A DNA stretch of 64,000 nt from an uncultured virus (IMG/VR IMGVR_UViG_3300027704_000010). Taxonomy: Duplodnaviria; Heunggongvirae; Uroviricota; Caudoviricetes. The stretch lies in the IMG/VR virus record IMGVR_UViG_3300027704_000010. One strand, 5' to 3'. Shown one piece after another: positions 20,169-28,430 of this stretch. The notes beneath the pieces are model-generated. The model had not been told where the DNA came from. It saw nothing but the letters and a program-made list of their open reading frames with translations, and ran no database searches. Position 1 is the first letter of the stretch, and every line of letters begins with the position of its first letter. Position numbers and translations under genes: made by a program.

Positions 20169-20974
20169 AATGGTTTCCTCCCAATGAGGCCACGGACCGA
20201 GGTTACAAGATCGATAATATCGTTAACTTCGCTCATACTAGTAAGTTTCATCTCTATGATCATTTTCCAAACATTTGCAATATCGGTAAACCTGTTTCTG
20301 TACCAAGCATAATCAGAACCAAGTAAATTCATATATGCCAGTGTAACTAGCCGCACTTCATCTGTGAGTGATTGATTTATTCTAAGCATTGAATACATAA
20401 ACGTATCATTTGCTTTATATGGTATGGGGTTCGCTCGGAGATCGCTGGCAGTCTTATCACTAATGTTTGGAATGATGCCGATAGAGTCGGGACTCATTGT
20501 GTTATGAATCATGACTATTGAATTAGCAACTACCCTTTCATTATTGTCACCGTGCTCTGCAAAACAATTTAAAATTGATATGCACCATCTAGGTGTTATG
20601 TTATAAATTATATCGTTCCAGTCCGTTGAAATTAGTTGTCTTAGTACATCAATATCCCATTCCTCTCTCTTGGGGTCGAAATCTAATCCATTACTATTTC
20701 TGGACAAAATAATACATGCTTTAGTACGCACAATTGAGTTAGGGTGATTAATTGCTACATAACTTAATATTTCGATTCGGGTAGAATTCCAGTCTTTAAA
20801 TCTTGGATTGCTATAATAGTTATAAAAGTGCTTAGGCAATACTAGTGAATTGCGTGAGGATCCATGCTCGGCGGTTTCATCATATGCGTCTTTGAACTGC
20901 GTGGCGATGCTAGTATGTAAAATTTCATCCCAATTGGTTAAGTCCGGCTTGTTAACATGATTCATGCCGGTCAT
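20165..20974 (-). CDS. hypothetical protein
   Basis: 269-aa ORF with ATGA overlaps on both sides; no recognised motif. Confidence 0.7.
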   Translation of the reverse strand: MTGMNHVNKPDLTNWDEILHTSIATQFKDAYDETAEHGSSRNSLVLPKHFYNYYSNPRFKDWNSTRIEILSYVAINHPNSIVRTKACIILSRNSNGLDFDPKREEWDIDVLRQLISTDWNDIIYNITPRWCISILNCFAEHGDNNERVVANSIVMIHNTMSPDSIGIIPNISDKTASDLRANPIPYKANDTFMYSMLRINQSLTDEVRLVTLAYMNLLGSDYAWYRNRFTDIANVWKMIIEMKLTSMSEVNDIIDLVTSVRGLIGRKPL

Positions 20975-22212
20975 AAGCTAAATTCTGGTGTGTTGTTTAC
21001 TACTGTGTTGTATTTAGTTATTAATTCTTGCGTGGGGATAAAACAATGTGTTCCATATACTGCTAAGTTATGGTCTATAATGCTTTGACATTCGGTGCTA
21101 TTGTAATAAGAATGTATGTCTGCTATATCGATATCTGTTAATCGTTTTATTTCTACATACAGTTTCTTTAAACGTAATAACGGATCAGGCTCAGAATCAA
21201 ACGAATAGTTTATGAAGTTATCAAACAATTTAAATCCTAAGTCTTGCATTAGTTTATTAGCACCCGCAATCCCTGATATTAAAAACAGTTGTCTAAAGTA
21301 AACTGGTTTAAAACTTTTTTCAGTAACATGTCCTTGCATCGATAGTCTCTCGCCATCTAGTTCTATTACTGATCTAACATCGTAGCCATGCATAGTTTCA
21401 TTCACAATATTAATGTAACTATCATTATAATAATTCTGAGGCAATGAATCTTGCCATATGGCTATGTCGGTTTGTGATAGCGTTATGTCTTGTTGTAACT
21501 TAATGTCTTTACCTAAGTACGACACATAACTACTGTCTGGAGGCATTCGGTCTACAATAAATGTTCTGTGTTTCTTCTCTAAATTATTTAAACATAAAAA
21601 ATGTTTTGTACGTTGATTCGAATGGTGTTCAATTTGTTCTCTATTAAACTGTTTTATTCTATTGAAGTAAAAAGCCATGAACTTTGCATCTACATCAGGG
21701 CGTTTAGTTTTAATAGCATCTACAACATATTTGTTACACAGGTAAAAATTAAGTCTCTCATTATCAATGTCTTTTACACTATCCAATATATAATCTACAG
21801 CATTAAATCCTGCATGTTCATAGTGCCCCAGGTCCCATGTGTTTGAAAACATAAAGTTAACTTGTGGGAAAGGCTCGAATGTTTTTATTAGTTTATGTAA
21901 TGTATTAGCATCATCTTTAATAGCATGTATGTATATAGGAAATAGTAATAGTATAACAGGCGTACCATTAATTCTTCTTAACTGTTTTTTAATAGGCAAG
22001 TTTAAATCAATGGTTTCAGTACGATGGCCCACTGGTGTATAAGTAGGATATGTTCCATCTGCTCCTACATTTTGTGTATCATCATCATGGTTTGTGTGCC
22101 AATCTGCGTTAGCAAACTTTGGCCCGGGCGGCTGACTGTCGTTCCAAACATTAGAAAGCTTCGGCCCCATTTCGTAATTACCTAAATTTTTAAATTGTAG
22201 AAATACTATCAT
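20971..22212 (-). CDS. hypothetical protein, glycosyltransferase(GT-B)-like C-terminus; paralog of 18837-20168
   Basis: FLCLNN..K.HR...INIVNET...TEKSFKP...G....QDLGFKLF...NYSFD. Confidence 0.5.
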   Translation of the reverse strand: MIVFLQFKNLGNYEMGPKLSNVWNDSQPPGPKFANADWHTNHDDDTQNVGADGTYPTYTPVGHRTETIDLNLPIKKQLRRINGTPVILLLFPIYIHAIKDDANTLHKLIKTFEPFPQVNFMFSNTWDLGHYEHAGFNAVDYILDSVKDIDNERLNFYLCNKYVVDAIKTKRPDVDAKFMAFYFNRIKQFNREQIEHHSNQRTKHFLCLNNLEKKHRTFIVDRMPPDSSYVSYLGKDIKLQQDITLSQTDIAIWQDSLPQNYYNDSYINIVNETMHGYDVRSVIELDGERLSMQGHVTEKSFKPVYFRQLFLISGIAGANKLMQDLGFKLFDNFINYSFDSEPDPLLRLKKLYVEIKRLTDIDIADIHSYYNSTECQSIIDHNLAVYGTHCFIPTQELITKYNTVVNNTPEFSL

Positions 22213-22214
22213 TG

Positions 22215-23633
22215 CTATCTCGAGTTATGTTTCGGATCAGGGCGTGTGTACCAATTGTATAATTCCTCGTCTGCTTTATAAATTTCTTCTATTGTTAATG
22301 CTTCGCCTTCAGCGCCATCGTTTCTAATAGTAGCAATAGTTTGTTGCCATTGTCTGCCATTAAAGAACTGATCCTCATGTGTATCTGGAAACTGTTCGGC
22401 GAACGTAGGAGTGTTTAGTATTGTTTCTAGTTGAGTTATTACTGTGCTTTGTTTCTCAGTTACAATAGGACGCAAATCATCTAACAAACTGTTTACTATT
22501 CTATCTAGTATATGTCTGGGCCAACTCATAAATGTAAATACTACGTCAGGATGGAATGCAAACATATTCTTAGTTTCAATTTTAACATTAAGGTCTAGTG
22601 AGTACTGTACGAAGTCACGTAAGCCAAATAGTCCAGGACCTGTTAGTGTTAAGTCCATAAGCATTTTACTATCGCCACCAGGACATGCAACACCTTCTCT
22701 AAAGTTCTTATCCCACTCTTCCCATACTAAACCTGTGCGTATGAACTCGCCTATCTTTCCTATGCCGTCGATACTAGCACACATAGTCCAGTCCTTTGCT
22801 TGTGGCAACCAGTCGTACAAGTAGTGCTTACCAAAACGTACTCTACTTAGGTTACTGTTATAACGTAAGTGTACTTTGCGTAAGTTATCATCTTCGGATA
22901 GTCTAGCCATGCTCTTCCAATGTATATCATACATAAGTGGCTCACCGCCAACCCAGTATATTTCTTCCACCGTGCCTGACTTAATTGCTTCCCAAAATTC
23001 TTCTTCTACTACTTCCTTTTGAAACTTTTGTATAATCTTTTTATTTTCTGGAACCATGAACGGTTGGCTCTCTGGAGTCCAGTGGTCGTTCTGTCTCTTC
23101 TCTGTTTCCCATGCTGAACTAAGTTGCTCACCGCACATACGACATTTGAAGTTACATAAGTTACTAACCCTGTAATCAAAACTAATAGGATTCATTGTAG
23201 TAAAGCCATCGTCGTCTGTACTATCGAAGCACTCGTCTATTTTATCTTCAAATAAGAAACCAGTAAACCATTGACGGTATGTACTTTGACTTAGTACACT
23301 ATCGTTGCACACATTACATTGTGGTATCTCTTCACCTGCCATTAACTTCTTACGGATGTCCATCATATATGGACTGTTCCAATGTTCTTTTAAACTAATA
23401 GGCTTATAGTCATCGATGGTCCCGCTCTCTTTAAACTTGCCAGTACTTTCATCATTACTTGCATCGATGTATTGCTTTTGGAATTGGTGTTCTTCTCTAC
23501 TAGCACAACACATACGTCTCTCTGACTGCGGACTAATATAAGTATGTGTCCATGGAGCAGTACAGAAAACTTTGTTCTCTGAGTCTTCGACCATACTGCC
23601 ATGAGCCCATTTAGGCTTAATTCTATTACTCAT
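22215..23633 (-). CDS. radical SAM protein with N-terminal SPASM/Twitch-like domain (rSAM-6)
   Basis: CNFKCRMC and WVGGEP. N-terminal FCTAPW...MCC...CNVC. Confidence 0.92.
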   Translation of the reverse strand: MSNRIKPKWAHGSMVEDSENKVFCTAPWTHTYISPQSERRMCCASREEHQFQKQYIDASNDESTGKFKESGTIDDYKPISLKEHWNSPYMMDIRKKLMAGEEIPQCNVCNDSVLSQSTYRQWFTGFLFEDKIDECFDSTDDDGFTTMNPISFDYRVSNLCNFKCRMCGEQLSSAWETEKRQNDHWTPESQPFMVPENKKIIQKFQKEVVEEEFWEAIKSGTVEEIYWVGGEPLMYDIHWKSMARLSEDDNLRKVHLRYNSNLSRVRFGKHYLYDWLPQAKDWTMCASIDGIGKIGEFIRTGLVWEEWDKNFREGVACPGGDSKMLMDLTLTGPGLFGLRDFVQYSLDLNVKIETKNMFAFHPDVVFTFMSWPRHILDRIVNSLLDDLRPIVTEKQSTVITQLETILNTPTFAEQFPDTHEDQFFNGRQWQQTIATIRNDGAEGEALTIEEIYKADEELYNWYTRPDPKHNSR

Positions 23634-24618
23634 CGTCTTCCCATACAGCGATATCGCTAATGTAAGGACATGCTTCTAATTTGGTTATAATACTTTCGAA
23701 CGTTTCATTTTGTAACGCTCCTAGTTTAGCTCTGCCTATGGCATGTTTAGGCTCTGTGTGGTCAATGCCATATTTAGAAACTTCGTTGGCTTCACACCAT
23801 TGATGCAATCTTCTATTTAAATGTGTTTCAACCTCAGCATCAAATACTTGAAACGAGGCTTGATTCAAACCAATACATGCACTACCGGATATTAATGTTT
23901 GAGGTTTAACCTCTTTACGTTTTATTAATTCTAAATCTTTTGATGCATAAGCATGACCTAAATCTTTGCCTACGGTAAAGAAGTCTAAAAACAAATCACC
24001 TGTATAGTATTGACTTTGGAATTGTGCGTAGTCGTCATCTGTTAATTCTATATATTCTGCTTCTGCATTAGGACTAAAATGTCTTGCTACTATAAAGTAT
24101 TGCTTCTCATCTAATTCTTCTACTGCAAAGAAACGAGATATGTTTGCTTCTATTTCGTGTACCGTTTTATTTAAACGTTCCAATATCTCTACTTCCGGAT
24201 GAGATTCTTCTGTGTAAACAAAGCCTGAAACTTCTGTTAACTCTACTAATTGTTTTTCAAAAATAAAATGTACTTCGTTTAATTTGTCGTGCATTTCTTT
24301 TGTAGTATCTGTTATAGATAACTTTAGATCCGGATCGGCTCCTTGCGAATCTATATCAGTATTTAAACTATTAATTAGTAGTTGCATGTTTACACTTTGA
24401 TTAGCGTCATACAAATTCCAATGTAGCCATCTATATTCATCAGCTATTGCTGTTTTTGTAATGTTATAAAACTGATTACCAATATGCGTGTCTGCTAGTT
24501 TCCAAACAAGTTCTTGGTTGCCACCTTTAAAACTACTCTTGCCTATTACATTAGTGCCACCACTATCCATTACACCTACGGGTGTTGGACTTAAACTCAG
24601 TTTGTAGTACTTACTCAC
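23626..24618 (-). CDS. hypothetical protein
   Basis: 330-aa ORF overlapping two rSAM genes. LNEVH..FE / LN..VHEIE helices could be metal ligands. Confidence 0.7.
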   Translation of the reverse strand: MSKYYKLSLSPTPVGVMDSGGTNVIGKSSFKGGNQELVWKLADTHIGNQFYNITKTAIADEYRWLHWNLYDANQSVNMQLLINSLNTDIDSQGADPDLKLSITDTTKEMHDKLNEVHFIFEKQLVELTEVSGFVYTEESHPEVEILERLNKTVHEIEANISRFFAVEELDEKQYFIVARHFSPNAEAEYIELTDDDYAQFQSQYYTGDLFLDFFTVGKDLGHAYASKDLELIKRKEVKPQTLISGSACIGLNQASFQVFDAEVETHLNRRLHQWCEANEVSKYGIDHTEPKHAIGRAKLGALQNETFESIITKLEACPYISDIAVWEDDE

Positions 24619-26291
24619 TCGTCTACTGCTCCGCCAAGTCCATCAGTGTCTGTGTCCCAACCAATGCTACTACCAGCACGTTTTTTAATATTAGGATTAA
24701 CTCCTTCTATTTCATTTTCGTATTTGGTATCATCATAGTCATCGTCGCTCTCACCTGTTTGGCGTCCACGTACTTTCATTTCTACAACTTTAACTTCGCC
24801 GTCCTCTGTAACAATACGTTTGGCATACAATGTATTAGTTACACCTACACTATCTGGTGCTTGTATGTCGTGGTCATCGCTAATGTCTAATACATCAATG
24901 CTGTCGTACCAGTCTACTAGCCTAGGGAATGTTGTTCTAAAATTATGTCCACGTCTCGAATCGTACTGCTCGTAAAACACTTTGAAGTCATGGTCTAACA
25001 AGTATTGCTCTGCTGTATTCCTGTGTGGAGTTTTAACAACATCTAAATATTCTATTAGTCTGCTTATTTGATCTTGTTCCCATGCTTGGAGTAATTCTAC
25101 GCCATGCATATCTCTCTCGCCTTTATTTCGAGTATCATCTAACCACTCGCTAAGTTCATCATGATACATTTTACGCAAGTCATCTGGCAATGTTAATGGA
25201 CTTTGGAAACTAGGGAAACGTAATATGTTTACACTAATACCCGGAACGTGATGTCCGTATTTTCTCTTCATAGACAATGTCCAATCTAAGAATTGACAAA
25301 TAGTATCTAAGCATAATGCATTGACAGTCATCATCATGTGTACGCCTTCGTATCTTGCCTCTGTGGCAAAACGTTCAAACTGTGCTGTCCATATTTCCCA
25401 ATCTAATCCGTCTCTGATATATTCTGCTTGGGCACCAAAGGCTTCACAACTGGTATACACATGGAAGTGGTCAATGTGTTGTGTAGCATCAATAAACTTG
25501 TTTAGTAACCCAGGCTTAGCCATTAAGTTACTGTTAATAGCCAAACGCATCTTCTTAGCATTGGGCTCATCTGTTTCTTTAAACCAATCGAACAGTTTGT
25601 AGATACTAGGAGTCATTAATGGCTCACCGCCAGTAACACGAATCTCTTCTAGCTCTTTACTTAGCTCGGGCCACCATCTCCAAAATGCATCTACATAAGG
25701 ATTGGCTGTACCGGCATCGTACGGTTCGGCATACGGAGCATCATCGATAAAGTGACCTCTTGCATCTGACTTAATACCTTGATACCCACCATTGGTTCTA
25801 ATGTCTTTAACCCATGTACTACTAAACGCAGGATTGCAATAACTACATGCTAACTGGCATGTTCTATCAAATGCAACCTCACAGGTTTTTAAATTAACAT
25901 CAGCGTTAGGATCTAACGTTGCAATGTGTTGTAAGTCTCTATCTTCATATATAACTGTTTTATATACTCTGTCGGACACAGCTTCATTGCCGTCCGAGTC
26001 TTGCCCCATGTCTTCAATCTTCCAACAGTACTCACACTCTTTGGGCCGTGTGCCTTCCTGCATCATTTGACGCATCTTCTTTTTGTGTCTGCTGTTGTGA
26101 ATAGCACTAGGGTTTTCTTTAATGTCTTCTAAATCTATTTGGTGTGCTGGGGGATGATGACAACTAGTTGTTCCACCATGGCCCAACCATATAGTAGCAT
26201 TGTACCATTTGGCGCCGCAAAAGGAATCTGATACTGGATCTATCATCCTTGCTTTAAATTCTCTGTGAGTCTCGTCTACCTTCCTAACCAT
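24615..26291 (-). CDS. radical SAM protein, CxAKW...SCHHP subtype (rSAM-7)
   Basis: CQLACSYC and VTGGEP. N-terminal FCGAKW...TTSCHHPP...CEYCW; acidic C-terminal extension. Confidence 0.92.
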   Translation of the reverse strand: MVRKVDETHREFKARMIDPVSDSFCGAKWYNATIWLGHGGTTSCHHPPAHQIDLEDIKENPSAIHNSRHKKKMRQMMQEGTRPKECEYCWKIEDMGQDSDGNEAVSDRVYKTVIYEDRDLQHIATLDPNADVNLKTCEVAFDRTCQLACSYCNPAFSSTWVKDIRTNGGYQGIKSDARGHFIDDAPYAEPYDAGTANPYVDAFWRWWPELSKELEEIRVTGGEPLMTPSIYKLFDWFKETDEPNAKKMRLAINSNLMAKPGLLNKFIDATQHIDHFHVYTSCEAFGAQAEYIRDGLDWEIWTAQFERFATEARYEGVHMMMTVNALCLDTICQFLDWTLSMKRKYGHHVPGISVNILRFPSFQSPLTLPDDLRKMYHDELSEWLDDTRNKGERDMHGVELLQAWEQDQISRLIEYLDVVKTPHRNTAEQYLLDHDFKVFYEQYDSRRGHNFRTTFPRLVDWYDSIDVLDISDDHDIQAPDSVGVTNTLYAKRIVTEDGEVKVVEMKVRGRQTGESDDDYDDTKYENEIEGVNPNIKKRAGSSIGWDTDTDGLGGAVDE

Positions 26292-26886
26292 TATAATTTC
26301 CTACGTCGAAGCTCAAGCTTCTTACCTGTACCTGATTATTTAGTCCTATTATCCATTCTAACATCTCCGCTACACTATCAGCAGTCATCATATAATCTTC
26401 TGCAAAATCTTTAAGCCATGCTGTGCTATCAGTGTCAACCATGCCTGGCTTAATGTTCGTTACTCTGCACTTACCTTTCTGGAACTGATTACTTAGTTGT
26501 AAACTTGCCCAGTCGAGTCTTGCTTTGTCACTAACATACGGAGTCCAGTCTTTGTTGTAACCCATCTGTGCAAAGTTATGTATACTGTCGCTACTTGTTG
26601 CACCCATATTAATTATTTGCCTAGGCTTGTTTTCCCATGCTTCATAGAACAGGTATAGTAGTCTGACTTGGCTACCGGGTGCGTATGCGTTGTTAACGAA
26701 TATATCAGCTTTCCATTCTAATGCTTCTTTAACAATACGTTTGCAAGTACTCTCTTTCATAATATTGTAGCCATTGCTTTTACTAAAGCCCATGACTTCA
26801 ATACCCTGAGCTTCTAGCCTTTCAACTAGATACTTTCCGATGCCTCTTGTGTGTCCTGTTATTGCAACTCTTTTTGTGTGTGCCAT
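26284..26886 (-). CDS. short-chain dehydrogenase/reductase
   Basis: ITGHTRGIG, NNA, YVSDK (YxxxK) and PGMVDT. Confidence 0.9.
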   Translation of the reverse strand: MAHTKRVAITGHTRGIGKYLVERLEAQGIEVMGFSKSNGYNIMKESTCKRIVKEALEWKADIFVNNAYAPGSQVRLLYLFYEAWENKPRQIINMGATSSDSIHNFAQMGYNKDWTPYVSDKARLDWASLQLSNQFQKGKCRVTNIKPGMVDTDSTAWLKDFAEDYMMTADSVAEMLEWIIGLNNQVQVRSLSFDVGNYNG

Positions 26887-26891
26887 ACTAC

Positions 26892-26897
26892 TATTTA
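26892..26897 (-). promoter_or_regulatory. late-type promoter core TAAATA, 5 nt before ATG
   Basis: GGTAAATA-GTAGT-ATG (26886); no SD. Confidence 0.6.
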
Positions 26898-26908
26898 CCT
26901 GCTTTTTT

Positions 26909-28009
26909 CTAGTTATTAAACAAATCTACGCTTTCCCAAGGTAAATCATCTTTACCGAAGTGCCCGTAGTTAGTTGTCCTTGTTAAGTCTAGATTAAACA
27001 AATCAAAACGTTTAATAATTCCTAGTGGTGTTAAGTCAACATTATCACGGAAGTAGTCTTCAAACTCCTTTCTAACAATGCCATCTGCGTACACATATAT
27101 ACTAGTAGGTTCTTTAACACCGATAGCATAACTTAGTTGCACTACACAGTTTTTAGCCTTGCCACTAGCAACAACATTCTTTGCTAAGTAACGTGCCATG
27201 TAAGCACCGCTTCTGTCTACTTTAGTACAATCCTTGCCACTAAATGCTCCGCCACCATGTGGGGCATAGCCACCGTATGTGTCTACAATAATCTTACGTC
27301 CTGTAAGTCCTGTGTCTCCATCTGGCCCACCTATAACAAATTTACCTGTAGGGTTAATATGCCATACTGTTTTTAGTACGTCTACTTTATCTTTGATAAC
27401 CGGCAATATAATGCCTAGTACACGTTCTCTTACTTCGTCTATGCTTAGTTCGTCGCTATGTTGAGTACTACATACAACTGTCTTAATGTATGAAGGCTCT
27501 CCTAGTTTTTTGTATGCAAATGTTACTTGACTCTTTGCATCCGGTCCTAACCAATCTGCACCGTTGCGTCTTGCTTCTTCTAGTGCTTGTAGTATTTTAT
27601 GACTGTAATGTATTGTGCTAGGCATAAAGTTATCTGTTTCGTCACATGCGTAACCAAACATAATACCTTGATCTCCTGCTCCAAAGTCGTCAGTGCCTAA
27701 GGCAATGTCTGAACTTTGTCCATGCAGTTCGTTGTATACCACTAATCTTTCCCAATGGAATCCGTCTTGTTCGTAACCAATCTCTTTTACTACGTTGCGT
27801 ATTAGTGATTCAACTTCCTCTTTACTAATGAGTTTGTCTGACTTATATTCGCCTGCTACTGTAACCATGTTAGTTGTAACTAATGTTTCAACTGCCGCTC
27901 TATTATTAATGTTACCATCGATAATAAATGTTGCTACTGTATCAGAGATTAAGTCGGCTATTTTATCCGGATGTCCGTTACTCACGCTTTCGCTTGTGAA
28001 TTCGTACAT
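26909..28009 (-). CDS. metK: S-adenosylmethionine synthetase
   Basis: FTSESV..GHPDK, GAGDQG, INPTG.FVIGGP.GD.GLTGRKIIVDTYGG, GGGAFSGKD..KVDRS and YGHFG. SD AGGAGAGG. Confidence 0.98.
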   Translation of the reverse strand: MYEFTSESVSNGHPDKIADLISDTVATFIIDGNINNRAAVETLVTTNMVTVAGEYKSDKLISKEEVESLIRNVVKEIGYEQDGFHWERLVVYNELHGQSSDIALGTDDFGAGDQGIMFGYACDETDNFMPSTIHYSHKILQALEEARRNGADWLGPDAKSQVTFAYKKLGEPSYIKTVVCSTQHSDELSIDEVRERVLGIILPVIKDKVDVLKTVWHINPTGKFVIGGPDGDTGLTGRKIIVDTYGGYAPHGGGAFSGKDCTKVDRSGAYMARYLAKNVVASGKAKNCVVQLSYAIGVKEPTSIYVYADGIVRKEFEDYFRDNVDLTPLGIIKRFDLFNLDLTRTTNYGHFGKDDLPWESVDLFNN

Positions 28010-28046
28010 AATCCTCTCCTGTTGTTTACTTCATATAGAAGTGTTC

Positions 28047-28054
28047 TATTTATA
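28047..28054 (-). promoter_or_regulatory. T4-type late promoter consensus TATAAATA upstream of metK
   Basis: Exact TATAAATA in the intergenic gap, about 37 nt before the metK ATG. Confidence 0.65.
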
Positions 28055-28078
28055 TTATAACATGAATTGCTTAATAAA

Positions 28079-28402
28079 TCAAGCAACAAATAATCCTTTC
28101 ATGCTTTTACCTTTTGACATATCACCGTTGAATGTCATTTTGCCACCCATAACTAATTTAACTGGGTCAGCGCCTTTAGTAAACATCTCAATCATTGTAT
28201 CTTTGCTAACAAATCCTACAGTGATGTCTGCTTTATCTAAATGCTCGTTACACAGAATACATTTCTTATCGTGTACACTAATAGAAAACTTACCATTAGT
28301 TTCACTAATAACATTAACGTTAATATCAATATCAATGCCTTCTGATTTTTCTTTCTGAAATTTACCTTCTAAGTCTGTTTTAATTGTGCCAAAGTCTAAC
28401 AT
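28079..28402 (-). CDS. SCP2 sterol/lipid-binding domain protein
   Basis: C-terminal ADIT......M..MFT...DPVKLVMGGKMTFNGDMSK is the typical SCP2 pattern. SD AGGAGG before MLDFG. Confidence 0.8.
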   Translation of the reverse strand: MLDFGTIKTDLEGKFQKEKSEGIDIDINVNVISETNGKFSISVHDKKCILCNEHLDKADITVGFVSKDTMIEMFTKGADPVKLVMGGKMTFNGDMSKGKSMKGLFVA

Positions 28403-28430
28403 ATTATCCTCCTTTTGGATATTAAGTTTT

